Shown piece by piece: positions 12,216 through 23,485 of a stretch of DNA of 64,000 nucleotides. Origin of the DNA: Tetramitus jugosus. Taxonomy: Eukaryota; Protista; Heterolobosea. Numbering within the stretch: the first letter of the stretch is position 1; every line of letters starts with the position of its first letter. The notes under the pieces were generated by a model. That model was given only the letters and a program-made list of their open reading frames with translations, was not told the DNA's origin and searched no databases. The stretch lies in assembly GCA_937625935.1 (NCBI GenBank), contig OW569356.1:372001-436000 (forward strand), written 5' to 3'. The translations under genes and the position numbers were made by a program.

Positions 12216-15200
12216 ATGACGAACCCTTCCCCTATTTCGCCTCAGTACATTCCTGTCACTGTAGAGTGCTCCCAACCCGAAAATGTCAAGATATCGATCC
12301 AAGAATCTCTTCGAGGACCAACAGATGATGAAACAATGGAAGCTCAGGTGGACCATTTCAAAATTGTTCAAATCGTCCAGAGAGGTGAACCTTATAGCAT
12401 CTATAGAGTCATTCCAGAGCGATTGACTCCTGAGACGTCGCGAGTTCTATTCCTCGATGAGACGGAAATTCAAGATGAACCTCAGTCAATGCCTTTGCCA
12501 CCACCCTCGTCTCCATGTCCACAGCGTGATCCTATTCAATCAATAGAACCGTCCGATTCAACCTCATCTACACTCGAAACAATAGAAGATGAACGATCCT
12601 TCATTATGAAAACGATGACAGTTCAATTGTTGGCCAGAGCTGAACAAGAAGCAGTTGACAACCAAAGGGAAGAACAAGTGAAAGTTCCTAACGAATTTGG
12701 AAGGAACATGAACCGACTGAGAAAAGAATATGAAATTAACAAGATTGTAAGTGAACGCCCCAACTCCAATCATGTTGTCCACCATTATGCGATGACACAG
12801 TCGTTTCGGTTGACAGTTCCTCTCTTTTGGCTAGAGCCAAACAGCAACTCTGCACTATTTTCATATTTTGGAGAGGTAGAGAGGAAAGAGATGGAGACAC
12901 GAAAGTTTCTCTTGTCCATGTCCACAAACAGGGTAGCAATAATAATGGAAGATGCGGGAACACAATCAATGATGCAACTTATACCTGAAGGAGGTCTCAG
13001 CGTGCTCCAATTCCTCAACTACGCTATTCAGCTGTCCAAAGCGATAGGCACCCTTCATCTACACAATGTAATACACAGGAACATTCGACCAGAGAACATC
13101 GTTGTTGATATGGACTCTCACAAATTGACTCTGATTGATTTCAATCAGGCTCAATTTATGAAGGGAGATATAGATATAGAACAGAGTGTGAACACTCGAG
13201 CAACTGTGGCTGAGGCACCAAACTCAATTTCTTCTCTCGCGTACATCTCACCTGAGCAGACATATCGGTTGAACAGAGGTGTCGACTATCGAACAGATAT
13301 CTATTCCTTGGGAGTGACCCTCTATCATATGATCACTGGACAATTGCCATTCGATTCTGATTTGGATCCCATGGGGTTGATTCATTGTCACATCACCAAA
13401 CAACCTGAGGAACCCATCTCAGTTTGTGCCAAGTCCAACAAGCTCATACCTCAAATGATATCCGACATAATTATGAAATTGATGAAAAAGGATCCATCAG
13501 AACGGTATCAGTCCAGTGGAGGGTTATTGTTCGATCTGGAGTTGTGTCAACGATGCTATCGCTCTTCGTTTTCGATTCCTTTCTTTGAATTGGCTACCGA
13601 AGATCGTTCAAATCATTTTCCTCTTCCCTTCTTTAATCTCTATGGACGAGAGAAGGAAACAAGAGCAATTACGCACACATATCATCATGTATCTGTCAGT
13701 GGATTACCCGAGGCCATATTTGTCGCTGGAAATTCAGGCATAGGCAAGAGTTCGCTGATATATGAAGTTCAGAGACAATTATTGACTGGAAATAGTTATT
13801 GTGTGTCTGGTAAGTTTGATCAATTGGATCGCAATGTTGCATATAGTGCTATTGGCCAAGCATTTCGGATGCTTATCCAGATGGTTTTGACTGAACCGGA
13901 AGACCGATTGACGATGTGGAAAAATAAGCTTCTCTCTGTTCTTGGAGTTAATGGACAACTTGTCATCAATATCATCCCTGAACTCCAAAATCTGATTGGA
14001 GATCAACCGTCTGTACAGTCTATGGGTGTTTCTGAAACGAGACTCAGATTCAACAGCGTATTTTCCAATTTTGTGAGTGTGTTTGCAAAAGATTGCACTC
14101 TCGCTCTCTTCATTGACGATCTCCAATGGGCTGATGCTGCGAGTGTAAGTATTATCGAAGTGCTACTCACGAACGACAATTTGAGACATTTTGTTTTCGT
14201 GGGCTGTTATCGAGACACTGACGTCAATCAACCTGTTTTATCAATGATTGAAGAGTTAAAACGTTCTGATGTTCGAGTTACAACAATACACCTGTATCCT
14301 TTGACATTAGAGCATGTCAAAGAATGGCTTGCAGATCTTCTTTATCTGAAAGAGTTTGAAGTTTCTGAACTGGCAGAACATGTGTATACACGCTCAGAGG
14401 GAAATCCCTTTTTTGTGAAATGTTTGATTCAATCAATCTATGATGCAGGTTTCTTGACAAAATCCACTCGCTGGGAATGGGATATGGAAAATATTCGAAG
14501 CCTCCCTCCAACAGCGAGTTTAGTTGATCTTTTAGTTCAAAAACTGGGTAAATTTCAAGAGGAAACAATTGAAACACTGAAGATTGCATCTTGTTTTGGA
14601 TGTTCATTTCAATTGAGTTATTTAGCAAAGTATTTGCAGGTACCGTCTGAAAGTCTTATCAAGCAATTGAAACCAGCGTTTTTCGCTGGGTTGGCATTCG
14701 TGTTTGAGAATGACTTCTGTTTTTCTCATGACAAGGTGCAAGATGCCATCTACAGCCAGATATCCAAGGAGAGGAAGGGTGTCATTCATTTCAAAATTGG
14801 TTGTATTCTCCTTGATGATAGAGAACCTGAGGAGATCAGTGATGATATTTGTGACATAACAGATCAGTTTAATCATTCTCTCGATGAAATTGATCGAATT
14901 CCCAATTTTAAAGAAGAGACCACAGTATTCAAATTATCACGAATGAACTATTATGCCGCATTGAAGATGATCAATTCTATTGCGTATCACTCAGCGCTCA
15001 TGTATTTGCTCACGAGTGCTCGACTTTTATCTATGCTTGGAGATGAGGACTATCTTTGGGAGCATTATTATTCATTTTGCTTCAATTTACACAAGAACCT
15101 CGCTCTCACCTTCTTCTACAATGACAAATTCTCAGATTCAACAAAGAAGATTGATTTGCTAGTAGAAAGAACGAAATCTATGATTGATTTAGCCGAAGTG

Positions 15201-18200
15201 CAGAGCATTAAAGTTACTCACCTAACCTCTCAGATGAAGTATAGAGAAGCACTTGTATGTGGTATCGAAACACTTCGTCAAATGGGAGTGTATATACCTC
15301 AAAGAGAAGAAATGCAACTTGAGATGGAATCAGAAAAAGAAACAACAGTACGCACTCTTAAGCACTACCATGCATTAATTCCAGACATGGATGAGAGAGT
15401 AAATCATGTTTCGCAATCAATCAAAATAATGGATGATCCTAAAAGCAAAGCTATTTGCGGTTTGTCCAACTCAATGAATCTCGCAATGTATTTTGTTAAT
15501 CGTGATCTCTACAGACTCTTGTGTATTAAGACAGTCAACATATCGTTTGACAAAGGGGAATCTCCAACCTCTCCACATTCGTTTGCCGTTGTGGGAGCAA
15601 TCTTCGCCGAGTCGATGAAGCATATGAATATATCCAAGGAACTGTTCATGATCTCACTAAAGCTCGCAGAACGTAATCCGGCCCAAAAGTGTATTGTCTA
15701 TCAAACATTTGCTACTTGTGGCGCCCACTGGTTCTTTCACAAAAAGCATTCCGAAAAGTATATCTGTTTGGCACTTGAATCTGGAATCCAAACTGGCAAT
15801 CTCATTTGGTCCGGGTATATTGAAGCGACAATATCACTGAATATGCTGTATTGTTCGTCTCCAATAGATGATGCTTTGGCCACTTATTCGAAAAATCATC
15901 GATTCGTATCAAAAGTCAACAATCCAAGTCCCTATTATATCCTTCAGATCGTATTATTATTGCTGCACAAATTGATAGGGAGAAGATGCAAGTTGTCGAG
16001 AAGTGAACTTGAAAAAACAGAAGAAATCCTTGCACGAGAGCTAGATGATGGTAAATTGTTCCACGCACGTCATTTCTACTACACCATCAAACTACTTCAA
16101 GCTGCAATGGACGATAATCGAGATAGTTGGTGCACTGCCTATCAATTTATTATCGAAGCAGAAAAACAAATTGAACTGATTAGAGAACAATACCAATACG
16201 TTTGGTTGACACTCTATTCAACTCTTGTTTGCATTAACATTATTGATGAACTGCAAGATGGTGCGCCACTCATCCACCCTGTTCCAGCAATTGATGGACT
16301 CCGGAGACGAGTTGATAAGAGTTTGGAGAGAATGAAATTTTGGATGAAGCACTGCCCTTCAAACTTTCAGAACAAGTACGAAATGATGCTCGCTGAGTAT
16401 TTACGGATACAAGGAGATAAATGGGAAGCAGCTCGATTCTACGATGAATCCATCGCTCATGCTGCTCAGAATGGATTTACACACGAAGAGGCTATTGCTG
16501 CAGAGTTTGCCTTTCGATTCTGGAAGAAGAACAAACGAGAAGAGATTGCAAAAATTTATTTGAAAAGAGCTTTTGAATCATACAACAAGTGGGGAGCGAC
16601 ATGGAAATTAGACCAAATGATTCAGGTCTACCCTGAAATTCTCGAGAATATTGCACCTACAGATTTGTATCAGTATCATCGCGATGATATTGACGTTGCA
16701 TCAACAGCCAATGTGAACTTGGCCTTGTTAGATTTGGATAGAGTGATCAATGCATCTCAAATCATATCTTCCACAATCGATATTGAGCAATTATTGTTCA
16801 ATGTGATGAAGATCATTATCGAGATTGGTCATGCACAGAAAGGAGCCATTATTATCAATGGAAACATTGAAGCCGAGTATAGTACGACAGATGACAATGA
16901 TGACTACCAAATTCTTCACTCAACACCATTGAACATGTGGGAACATGGTTGTCGTGACATAATCAACCGTGTACAATCGACCCATGAAACTGTTGTACTA
17001 TCAAGTGCAATTGATGATCCACAATTTGGCTCCAACTCCTATATTGTGCAGAATAAGTGCAAGTCGATCTTGTGTTCTCCTGTTATTCTGCAGAACAAGT
17101 TACTGGCGATATTGTACATGGAGAACAATCTTATTTCGGATGTGTTTTCAGAGCACAGAATGACTGTTCTCAACATTCTGACCAGTCAAATGGCGATATC
17201 GCTGGAAAATGCAATATCGTTCAAGGATAGGCTCGAATCAGCACAAAAGATTGCAGAAGTCGAAAGAAAGAGAGCAGAGGATGCAGAAACATACAAGAAG
17301 AACCTGGAGTTGTTTGTCGATTCCATTTGTCATGAAATTAGAAATCCAATCTTTGGAATTTATGGAAACCTGGATCATCTCCGAACTATTGTCGATCGAT
17401 TGAGTAATGAAGTGGGAAGAAAAAGTATTGCGGAAATGAGAGAAGCACTGAAATCAATTGATATTTGCACTACGCACCAAAAAGCGATCACAGATGATGT
17501 CCTAACTTTATCGAAACTCGAATCGAACATGGTTCAATTGAATAGAAAAGTATTCAATCCGAACCTCATGATATCATCGATTGTGTCCATGTTCGAAGTC
17601 GAAGTGAGTAACAAACATCTCAAATTAATCACGAAAATGCCAGAGCAGGACAAAAGTGTGTATGGAGACTCGACTCGAATAAGCCAAGTGATCATAAACT
17701 TGATGTCGAACAGTGTCAAGTTTACATCAGAGGGTACAATCACACTCTCTCTTGACGTTCAAACAGAGCACAATTCAGATAACATCAAACTTTCTTTTTG
17801 TGTGGGGGATACGGGTCTAGGAATGTCTGAGAAGGAGATTGAGCACTTGTTTCATCGATTTACACAAGGAATAACAAGAACTGAGAAGGAGTACAGTGGA
17901 TCAGGTCTTGGCATGTAGGTGTCTCCCTTATTATGTTATGTTCTCATGACCATTCAATACTAACCACTAACACATTCTTTTCATTGGCATTGTTCAGGTA
18001 TATAAGCAAGCACTTGGTTGAGCTGATGGGCGGTGAAATAAAGGTTGACAGTAAGAAGGGAGAAGGAACTAGAGTATCTTTCTATGTTTACTGTCAGAAG
18101 CCACCTGAAACGAGAAACGAGGTATCAATTCCACAGGATAACAAGAATGAGAAAGATGAATCAGAAACAAGACCATTGAAAGTCCTAATTGTGGAGGACA

Positions 18201-18630
18201 ACAAAATTAACCAAACCATTCTAAAGAGATTTTTGACTCAGAAAGGTCATAGTGTTCAAGTAGCAAACAATGGATCTGAAGCATGTGATGTGTTCCAAAC
18301 AATGATACACAATCCATTCGATGTTGTAAGTAATCATTCTTAGTGTCAACATTTTCAGTATGAGTCAAACTAACACTTACAATACTTCATCAGATATTCA
18401 TGGATATTGAAATGCCGATTATGAATGGACTGGAGGCCACAAGAGTGATACGAGAGATCGAAGCGAGCTCACATATTGAGAGAACACCAATCATAGGAAT
18501 ATCTGGCAATGCTCGATCACTGCATGCAGATATGGCAAAGGAAGCCGGTATGAATCAGTACATCACGAAACCAGTTTCAAAGGAACAAATTTACCGAGTA
18601 ATTTCCACGGTGGTACCGGTTAATACGTAA
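12216..18630 (+). CDS. Hybrid signalling kinase: Ser/Thr kinase-like + AAA/STAND ATPase + GAF + HisKA + HATPase_c + receiver (introns 17915-17997, 18326-18393)
   Basis: HRNIRPENI and YISPEQT (kinase-like); GNSGIGKS and FIDDLQWAD (ATPase); SILCSPV...LYMEN (GAF); ICHEIRNP (His box); NLMSNSVKFT, DTGLGM and GSGLGM|YISKHLVELMGG (HATPase); IVEDN, FDV|IFMDIEMP and YITKP (receiver). Both introns are GT-AG with CTAAC branch sites and restore the motifs. Confidence 0.92.
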
Positions 18631-20020
18631 ATAGTAATACCTTGCGACAAGAATATCCAACAAAAACAACAGTCTCTTGTCATAAACTTTTTGGGATTTT
18701 GTTATCAATACAGCCCACGTGCCCATAGTGCTCAATGGCACAATCGAAGGCAATGGTACTATGACCCAACTAGCGGCACATTGAATGGCATAGGTGCCCC
18801 CACTGCAACATTGGGAGGAGGTGCAAATGGTGACAGTTATGAGGGTAAATGGGTCCCAGGCGTACAATTGGGTAGTATAGGTGGTCGTTCTGATGAACTG
18901 ATGGCTGTTAGACCGATTCCAGCCATACCCACGAACAAGGTGGCTTGGATGTCCTATGGTGGATGTGGGCTACTCTGGGTGAGATTGATGGTGGTGGAGG
19001 CGCCTGATGTGGTTGTTTGCAAATCGTTGACTGGTAATGGAAAAATTACAGCGATTGATGGGCTGGTTCGAGGTGCTGGGGTGGTGGTGCGATAACTCGA
19101 CTTCGTGTTGTTGTGACAGTCACAACACAAAAACAAAAAGGTTGACCATTTTGCAGGTTGTTCACGCAGCTGGATGGACAGTATGTGGTGATGGTTCTGG
19201 TGGTTGTTCTGGTGGTGGTTATGGGATGAGGGCCATAATGGATTGGTTCGAGGCAACTGAGCGGTGGACCTTTAAAGTGTTGTGCAGTGGAACAGGTGGG
19301 GTGGATGTATCATGTTGGTGACTGGCAATCTATTGAAGAAATCCGAAAAAGTCGCCAGAAATAAAGAAGTAACAAAAATTATATCCTTATCATGTTCATA
19401 ACCAGCTACAATCACAGGTTGTCATTGAGGAGGATGCTGAAATTGAAGAACCAGTCGCCAAGAAGGTGGCCAAGAAGAAGAGAAGAGTCTACAGAGGCTG
19501 GACCACCAAGAGAACTGTTAAGAGAACTCAAGACCAGAGAAGAAGTTTTGGACAAGTACAGAGCCAGACTCGCCCAAGAACTCAATGATGAATACTTTGC
19601 TGTTCCTCCTTGCGGCCAGAGACAGAAGACATGTCCATCTTGTCGAACGATTGGCTGCTTCTTTGTCAATCTGTGGTTCGATTCAACAAGTGTACTAGTA
19701 AAATCTTGTCCAGCAACAAGGCATCGAACAAGATTCCTCACGAGAAATCAATTGTCACAAAAAACAAAACGAGAGATGCATCACAGAAGCAAACAACAAT
19801 CCACACAAACAAACAGCATTCCTTCCCCAACTACTACTACTTGTGCATGTGAATCAACCGATCATCACCATCACCGACACAACCCAAAAAGTTGCTCTGA
19901 AAACAACAACAAGAATCTTTCATTGTTCACATGGTATCCAGGTAAATTGAAACTGTGCCCCTGTCGTTGTTTGTGTGTGTTGATTGTTGATTGTTGACTG
20001 TTGATTGTTTTAAATCTACC

Positions 20021-20968
20021 ATGTTTCATGATTGTATTATGTCAGAATTGGAAGAGATCAAGTGTCATTTCAAGCCAAAGAGTGCCGAAGCTCAAAAGTT
20101 TCCATTCAAGTCAGAATTACATCGATTGATGCATGACGATAATCCATACTTGTTTAGTGGTTATCGAAAGCTGCCTGTTCGTTCGGCGTCTCGTAGCTTT
20201 TGGAGTGCATTTACATTGCACAATGAAACGATGAATATTTGGACTCATGCCATCTTTATTCTCTATTGGTTGTACTATGCGTTCGATACGAATACTCAGT
20301 TGACCAAGGAAAATGTGCCGTTTGGGGATCGATTGGCGCTCACTGTCTATGTCATGACTGCCATGTGTACCATGACCTTTTCTTCCATTTATCACACTTG
20401 GAGAATGAACAGTGTGACATCGTATCATTGGTGCCTCAGTTGTGATTTGAGAGGTATTATTCTGTTGCTGTTTGGTGGTATTTATGGATCAGTGTGGTTC
20501 TTGATGAAGCAGTTTGCTTTCATGCAGCGGATGTATATTGGATTTGCGTTTGTTACTGGTTGTATGCTCTGGTTTTGGATTCCTAGAATGGTCAGGTTGC
20601 GTCTCACGAACGAACGAACCATTTTCTTCACATTTTACTCCTGCATATCTGCAGTGTGCTTCCTGCATAGTCTTTGGCTCATTCCATTCGACACTCCAAT
20701 CCCTACTTCCAAGCACTTTTCGACAAGAAAGGATGCAGCAATTGCCTTCTTCTTCTATCAGGCCAAGGGCTTCCTGATCACTGGTGTTTCTCTGGTTGTT
20801 CGAGGATTGAAGGGACCAGAACGATTCTTCCCGTACACGTTCGACATATTTGGTGCCAGTCACCAACTATTTCATCTGATTGTGGCCTATGGAGGCATTA
20901 GTGCCTACTGGGGAATGATTGATCTCTTGAGAAGTGGCTGCTTTGATGCTGTTCCTGCGGCTGTTTGA
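20021..20968 (+). CDS. PAQR/AdipoR (hemolysin III-related) membrane protein
   Basis: HNETMNIWTH, SSIYHT, PERFFPYTFDIFGASHQLFH and multiple transmembrane segments. Confidence 0.92.
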   Translation: MFHDCIMSELEEIKCHFKPKSAEAQKFPFKSELHRLMHDDNPYLFSGYRKLPVRSASRSFWSAFTLHNETMNIWTHAIFILYWLYYAFDTNTQLTKENVPFGDRLALTVYVMTAMCTMTFSSIYHTWRMNSVTSYHWCLSCDLRGIILLLFGGIYGSVWFLMKQFAFMQRMYIGFAFVTGCMLWFWIPRMVRLRLTNERTIFFTFYSCISAVCFLHSLWLIPFDTPIPTSKHFSTRKDAAIAFFFYQAKGFLITGVSLVVRGLKGPERFFPYTFDIFGASHQLFHLIVAYGGISAYWGMIDLLRSGCFDAVPAAV

Positions 20969-21046
20969 ATCAGCAAAAAAGCTACTTTCTGAGACTCAGT
21001 CAATCAGATCTGGAAGCTTGAGCTCCCAAACAAACCAAACAACAAA

Positions 21047-21463
21047 ATGATTAAATTATTTTCAAAAACAAGAGTGCTCCAACAAGCATCGCTAAAGAAG
21101 AATTCCCTCTCTGTGGTCACCATGTACTCCAAGGAGCACTGTGGATTATGTACTGTTTTGCACGAGAGACTTGAAGATCTTCAGGAAGAACTAGAAGATG
21201 AATTTGAAGAGGAAATGAACAAGAATAACAACAAAAACACTCGCTTGATCACCACAAAACCAAGAGGATTCACGATAGAGACTGTGGATATCACCAAGAA
21301 CAAGGAACTCTATGAAAGATACAAATTCACGATACCTGTGCTGTTTATTGACGGAGTTTGTTGGAAGGAGGAAGTGACATTGGATCGATTTGAGCGCTCC
21401 ATTCATGATTTTGTCCAACATTTGCGCAATGACGCAACACTAAACGGAGAAACTAAACAGTAG
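21047..21463 (+). CDS. Glutaredoxin-like protein (DUF836 family)
   Basis: YSKEHCGLC (CxxC) and VDITKNKELYERYKFTIPVLFIDG. Confidence 0.8.
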   Translation: MIKLFSKTRVLQQASLKKNSLSVVTMYSKEHCGLCTVLHERLEDLQEELEDEFEEEMNKNNNKNTRLITTKPRGFTIETVDITKNKELYERYKFTIPVLFIDGVCWKEEVTLDRFERSIHDFVQHLRNDATLNGETKQ

Positions 21464-21669
21464 ATTGGTGTGAATTCCTTCATGAAAATTCGGCGCCGTT
21501 TTCATTGTAATCACCAAAAAGATTTTCACACAAAAACTTTGTGCAGACTGTCGAAAATCATTGAACCTTTTCTGGGGGTTTTTCTGCTCGCCAAAGCTTT
21601 TTTGCCAACGTTTTTCTTTCTGGGAACAACAACAAACCAAACAACCAACAACAACAACCAATCATAACA

Positions 21670-22560
21670 ATGGCTAGAGGAGACTACGAAGAAGAACAAC
21701 AAGAACAATACGAAAACAGTAACAAGAGAAAGTTTTCTGATGACGAAGATGATGAGGACCAACCAAACAAGAAGCAAAGATCTGGTGAGACTTTTGAAGT
21801 TATCGTCAAGAACTTGCCTTTCTCTATTGAAGAAGACACCCTTGCTACATTCTTTGACAAGTGTGGTACCGTCCAAGAAGTCAAGATCCCAAGAAAGCCA
21901 ACTGGTGAAGCTAGAGGCTTTGGATTCATCTTGTTCGACAGCCAAGAAGCTGTTGACGCAGCTATTGCTTTGAGCAATGAAGAAATTGAAGGCAGACAAA
22001 TCAGCGTTGCTTTGAGCAGCAAGGCTGGTGGCACACAAAAGACTGAAGGTGAAGAAAAGCACAACATTTTTGTCGGAAACTTGAGCTTTGACACAACTGA
22101 AGAATCCCTTGGTCAATTCTTTGAATCATGCGGTACTATTGTTGCTTTGCGTATGCCAACTGACGAGTACTCTGGAAGAAAGAAGGGTTTCGCTTTTGTC
22201 GACTTTGAAAATGCTGAAGCTGTTGAGAAGGCTATGGAATTGAACGAAGCTGAACTCGACGGAAGAAACATTCGTGTTGACAAGGGAGGTGCAAAGAGAG
22301 GTGGTGGTGGTGGCCGCGGTGGTGGCTTCAGAGGTGGAAGAGGAGGCCGGGGTGGTGGTTTCGGCGGAGGTCGCGGAGGCGGCTTTGGCGGTGGCCGTGG
22401 CGGCGGTTTCGGTGGTGGCCGTGGAGGTGGAGGTCGCGGTGGTGGCCGTGGCGGTGGCTTTGGAGGAGGCCGTGGTGGTGGTTTCCGTGGTGGAAGCCGT
22501 GGTGGTGGCCGTGGAGGCTTTGGTGGAGATTTCCAAGGAACCCGCAGAACATTTAACTAG
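21670..22560 (+). CDS. Nucleolin/Nsr1-like RNA-binding protein (2 RRM + RGG tail)
   Basis: RNP motifs VKNLPF/RGFGFILF and IFVGNLSF/KGFAFVDF, acidic N-terminus, GGRGGGF repeats. Confidence 0.9.
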   Translation: MARGDYEEEQQEQYENSNKRKFSDDEDDEDQPNKKQRSGETFEVIVKNLPFSIEEDTLATFFDKCGTVQEVKIPRKPTGEARGFGFILFDSQEAVDAAIALSNEEIEGRQISVALSSKAGGTQKTEGEEKHNIFVGNLSFDTTEESLGQFFESCGTIVALRMPTDEYSGRKKGFAFVDFENAEAVEKAMELNEAELDGRNIRVDKGGAKRGGGGGRGGGFRGGRGGRGGGFGGGRGGGFGGGRGGGFGGGRGGGGRGGGRGGGFGGGRGGGFRGGSRGGGRGGFGGDFQGTRRTFN

Positions 22561-23485
22561 GTTTGACAAGATGAATGTTTTTTGACGGTGTGATGTACAG
22601 CTTTTTTGATTCGGCGGCATGAGAAAGGTTGCTGCCACTCTTGCACACCCATATTTCCCATTGGGTTATTGCAAGGTGGACGCAACAGCAAATGATGCAG
22701 CGTTGAGTGCTAAGCTCTGAAAGGTTTTAATATTGCGTGTTAGTCATTATCATATACAGTTATTGCTTGCACCTCGATGTTTCGTTTGTATTACCGTGAA
22801 AGTTTTGTTGTCAGGTCGTAGGTTGCAATTTTATAATGCTGCTGAAGTCCGAAGCCTTTGTTGTTGGTAGTCAGTGATTGTTGCTTGTCCATATATTGGT
22901 GTAAGGTAAGTACGAAATGCTTTTTTCGGTTGCTGCTTTATTGTCATGAGTGCTTTGCACACGATAGATGTGGGAGAACGGATGGCCCAATGACATGCAT
23001 AGCTGCTCCTTTTGAGTTACGATCCAACGATACCCCTGGAATACCAGTGTTCGATCCATCAAAAGGCTGGCTTGTGTGACGAGGTATCAGTATCTTCAAT
23101 AAATTCGTGTTTGATGAAATGTGTCCCACATTCGACTTTGTTTGCTCTCACCTTTGGTAATGAATACTTCTTTCGACCTTTTGAACTGTTACAATACTAA
23201 ATTAACACGCTGTCACAAAGCACTTCAGGCGTATTGTACTCTGACAGAGCTATCAATGACAGTGTCATACCCAAGCTCCTCTGCCTACATGCAAAGAATT
23301 CAAGTTGATTGATCTTTCCACAGACAAATCTGAGGCGATAGTATTTTATCGCACGCGAACTCCCCAGAACATCACTGTAACTCTTGATCAAATTTTTCCG
23401 AATTGACGCTTGAAGTCCTTCAGAAGTCGTCCAGAGAGAACTCACAAACGAGCAACAAACAAACAAAACCAGCAGTCAATCAAAC

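Noticed and set aside
22288-22530. GC-rich tandem repeats
   Set aside because: These encode the RGG/GAR tail; not a CRISPR array or satellite.
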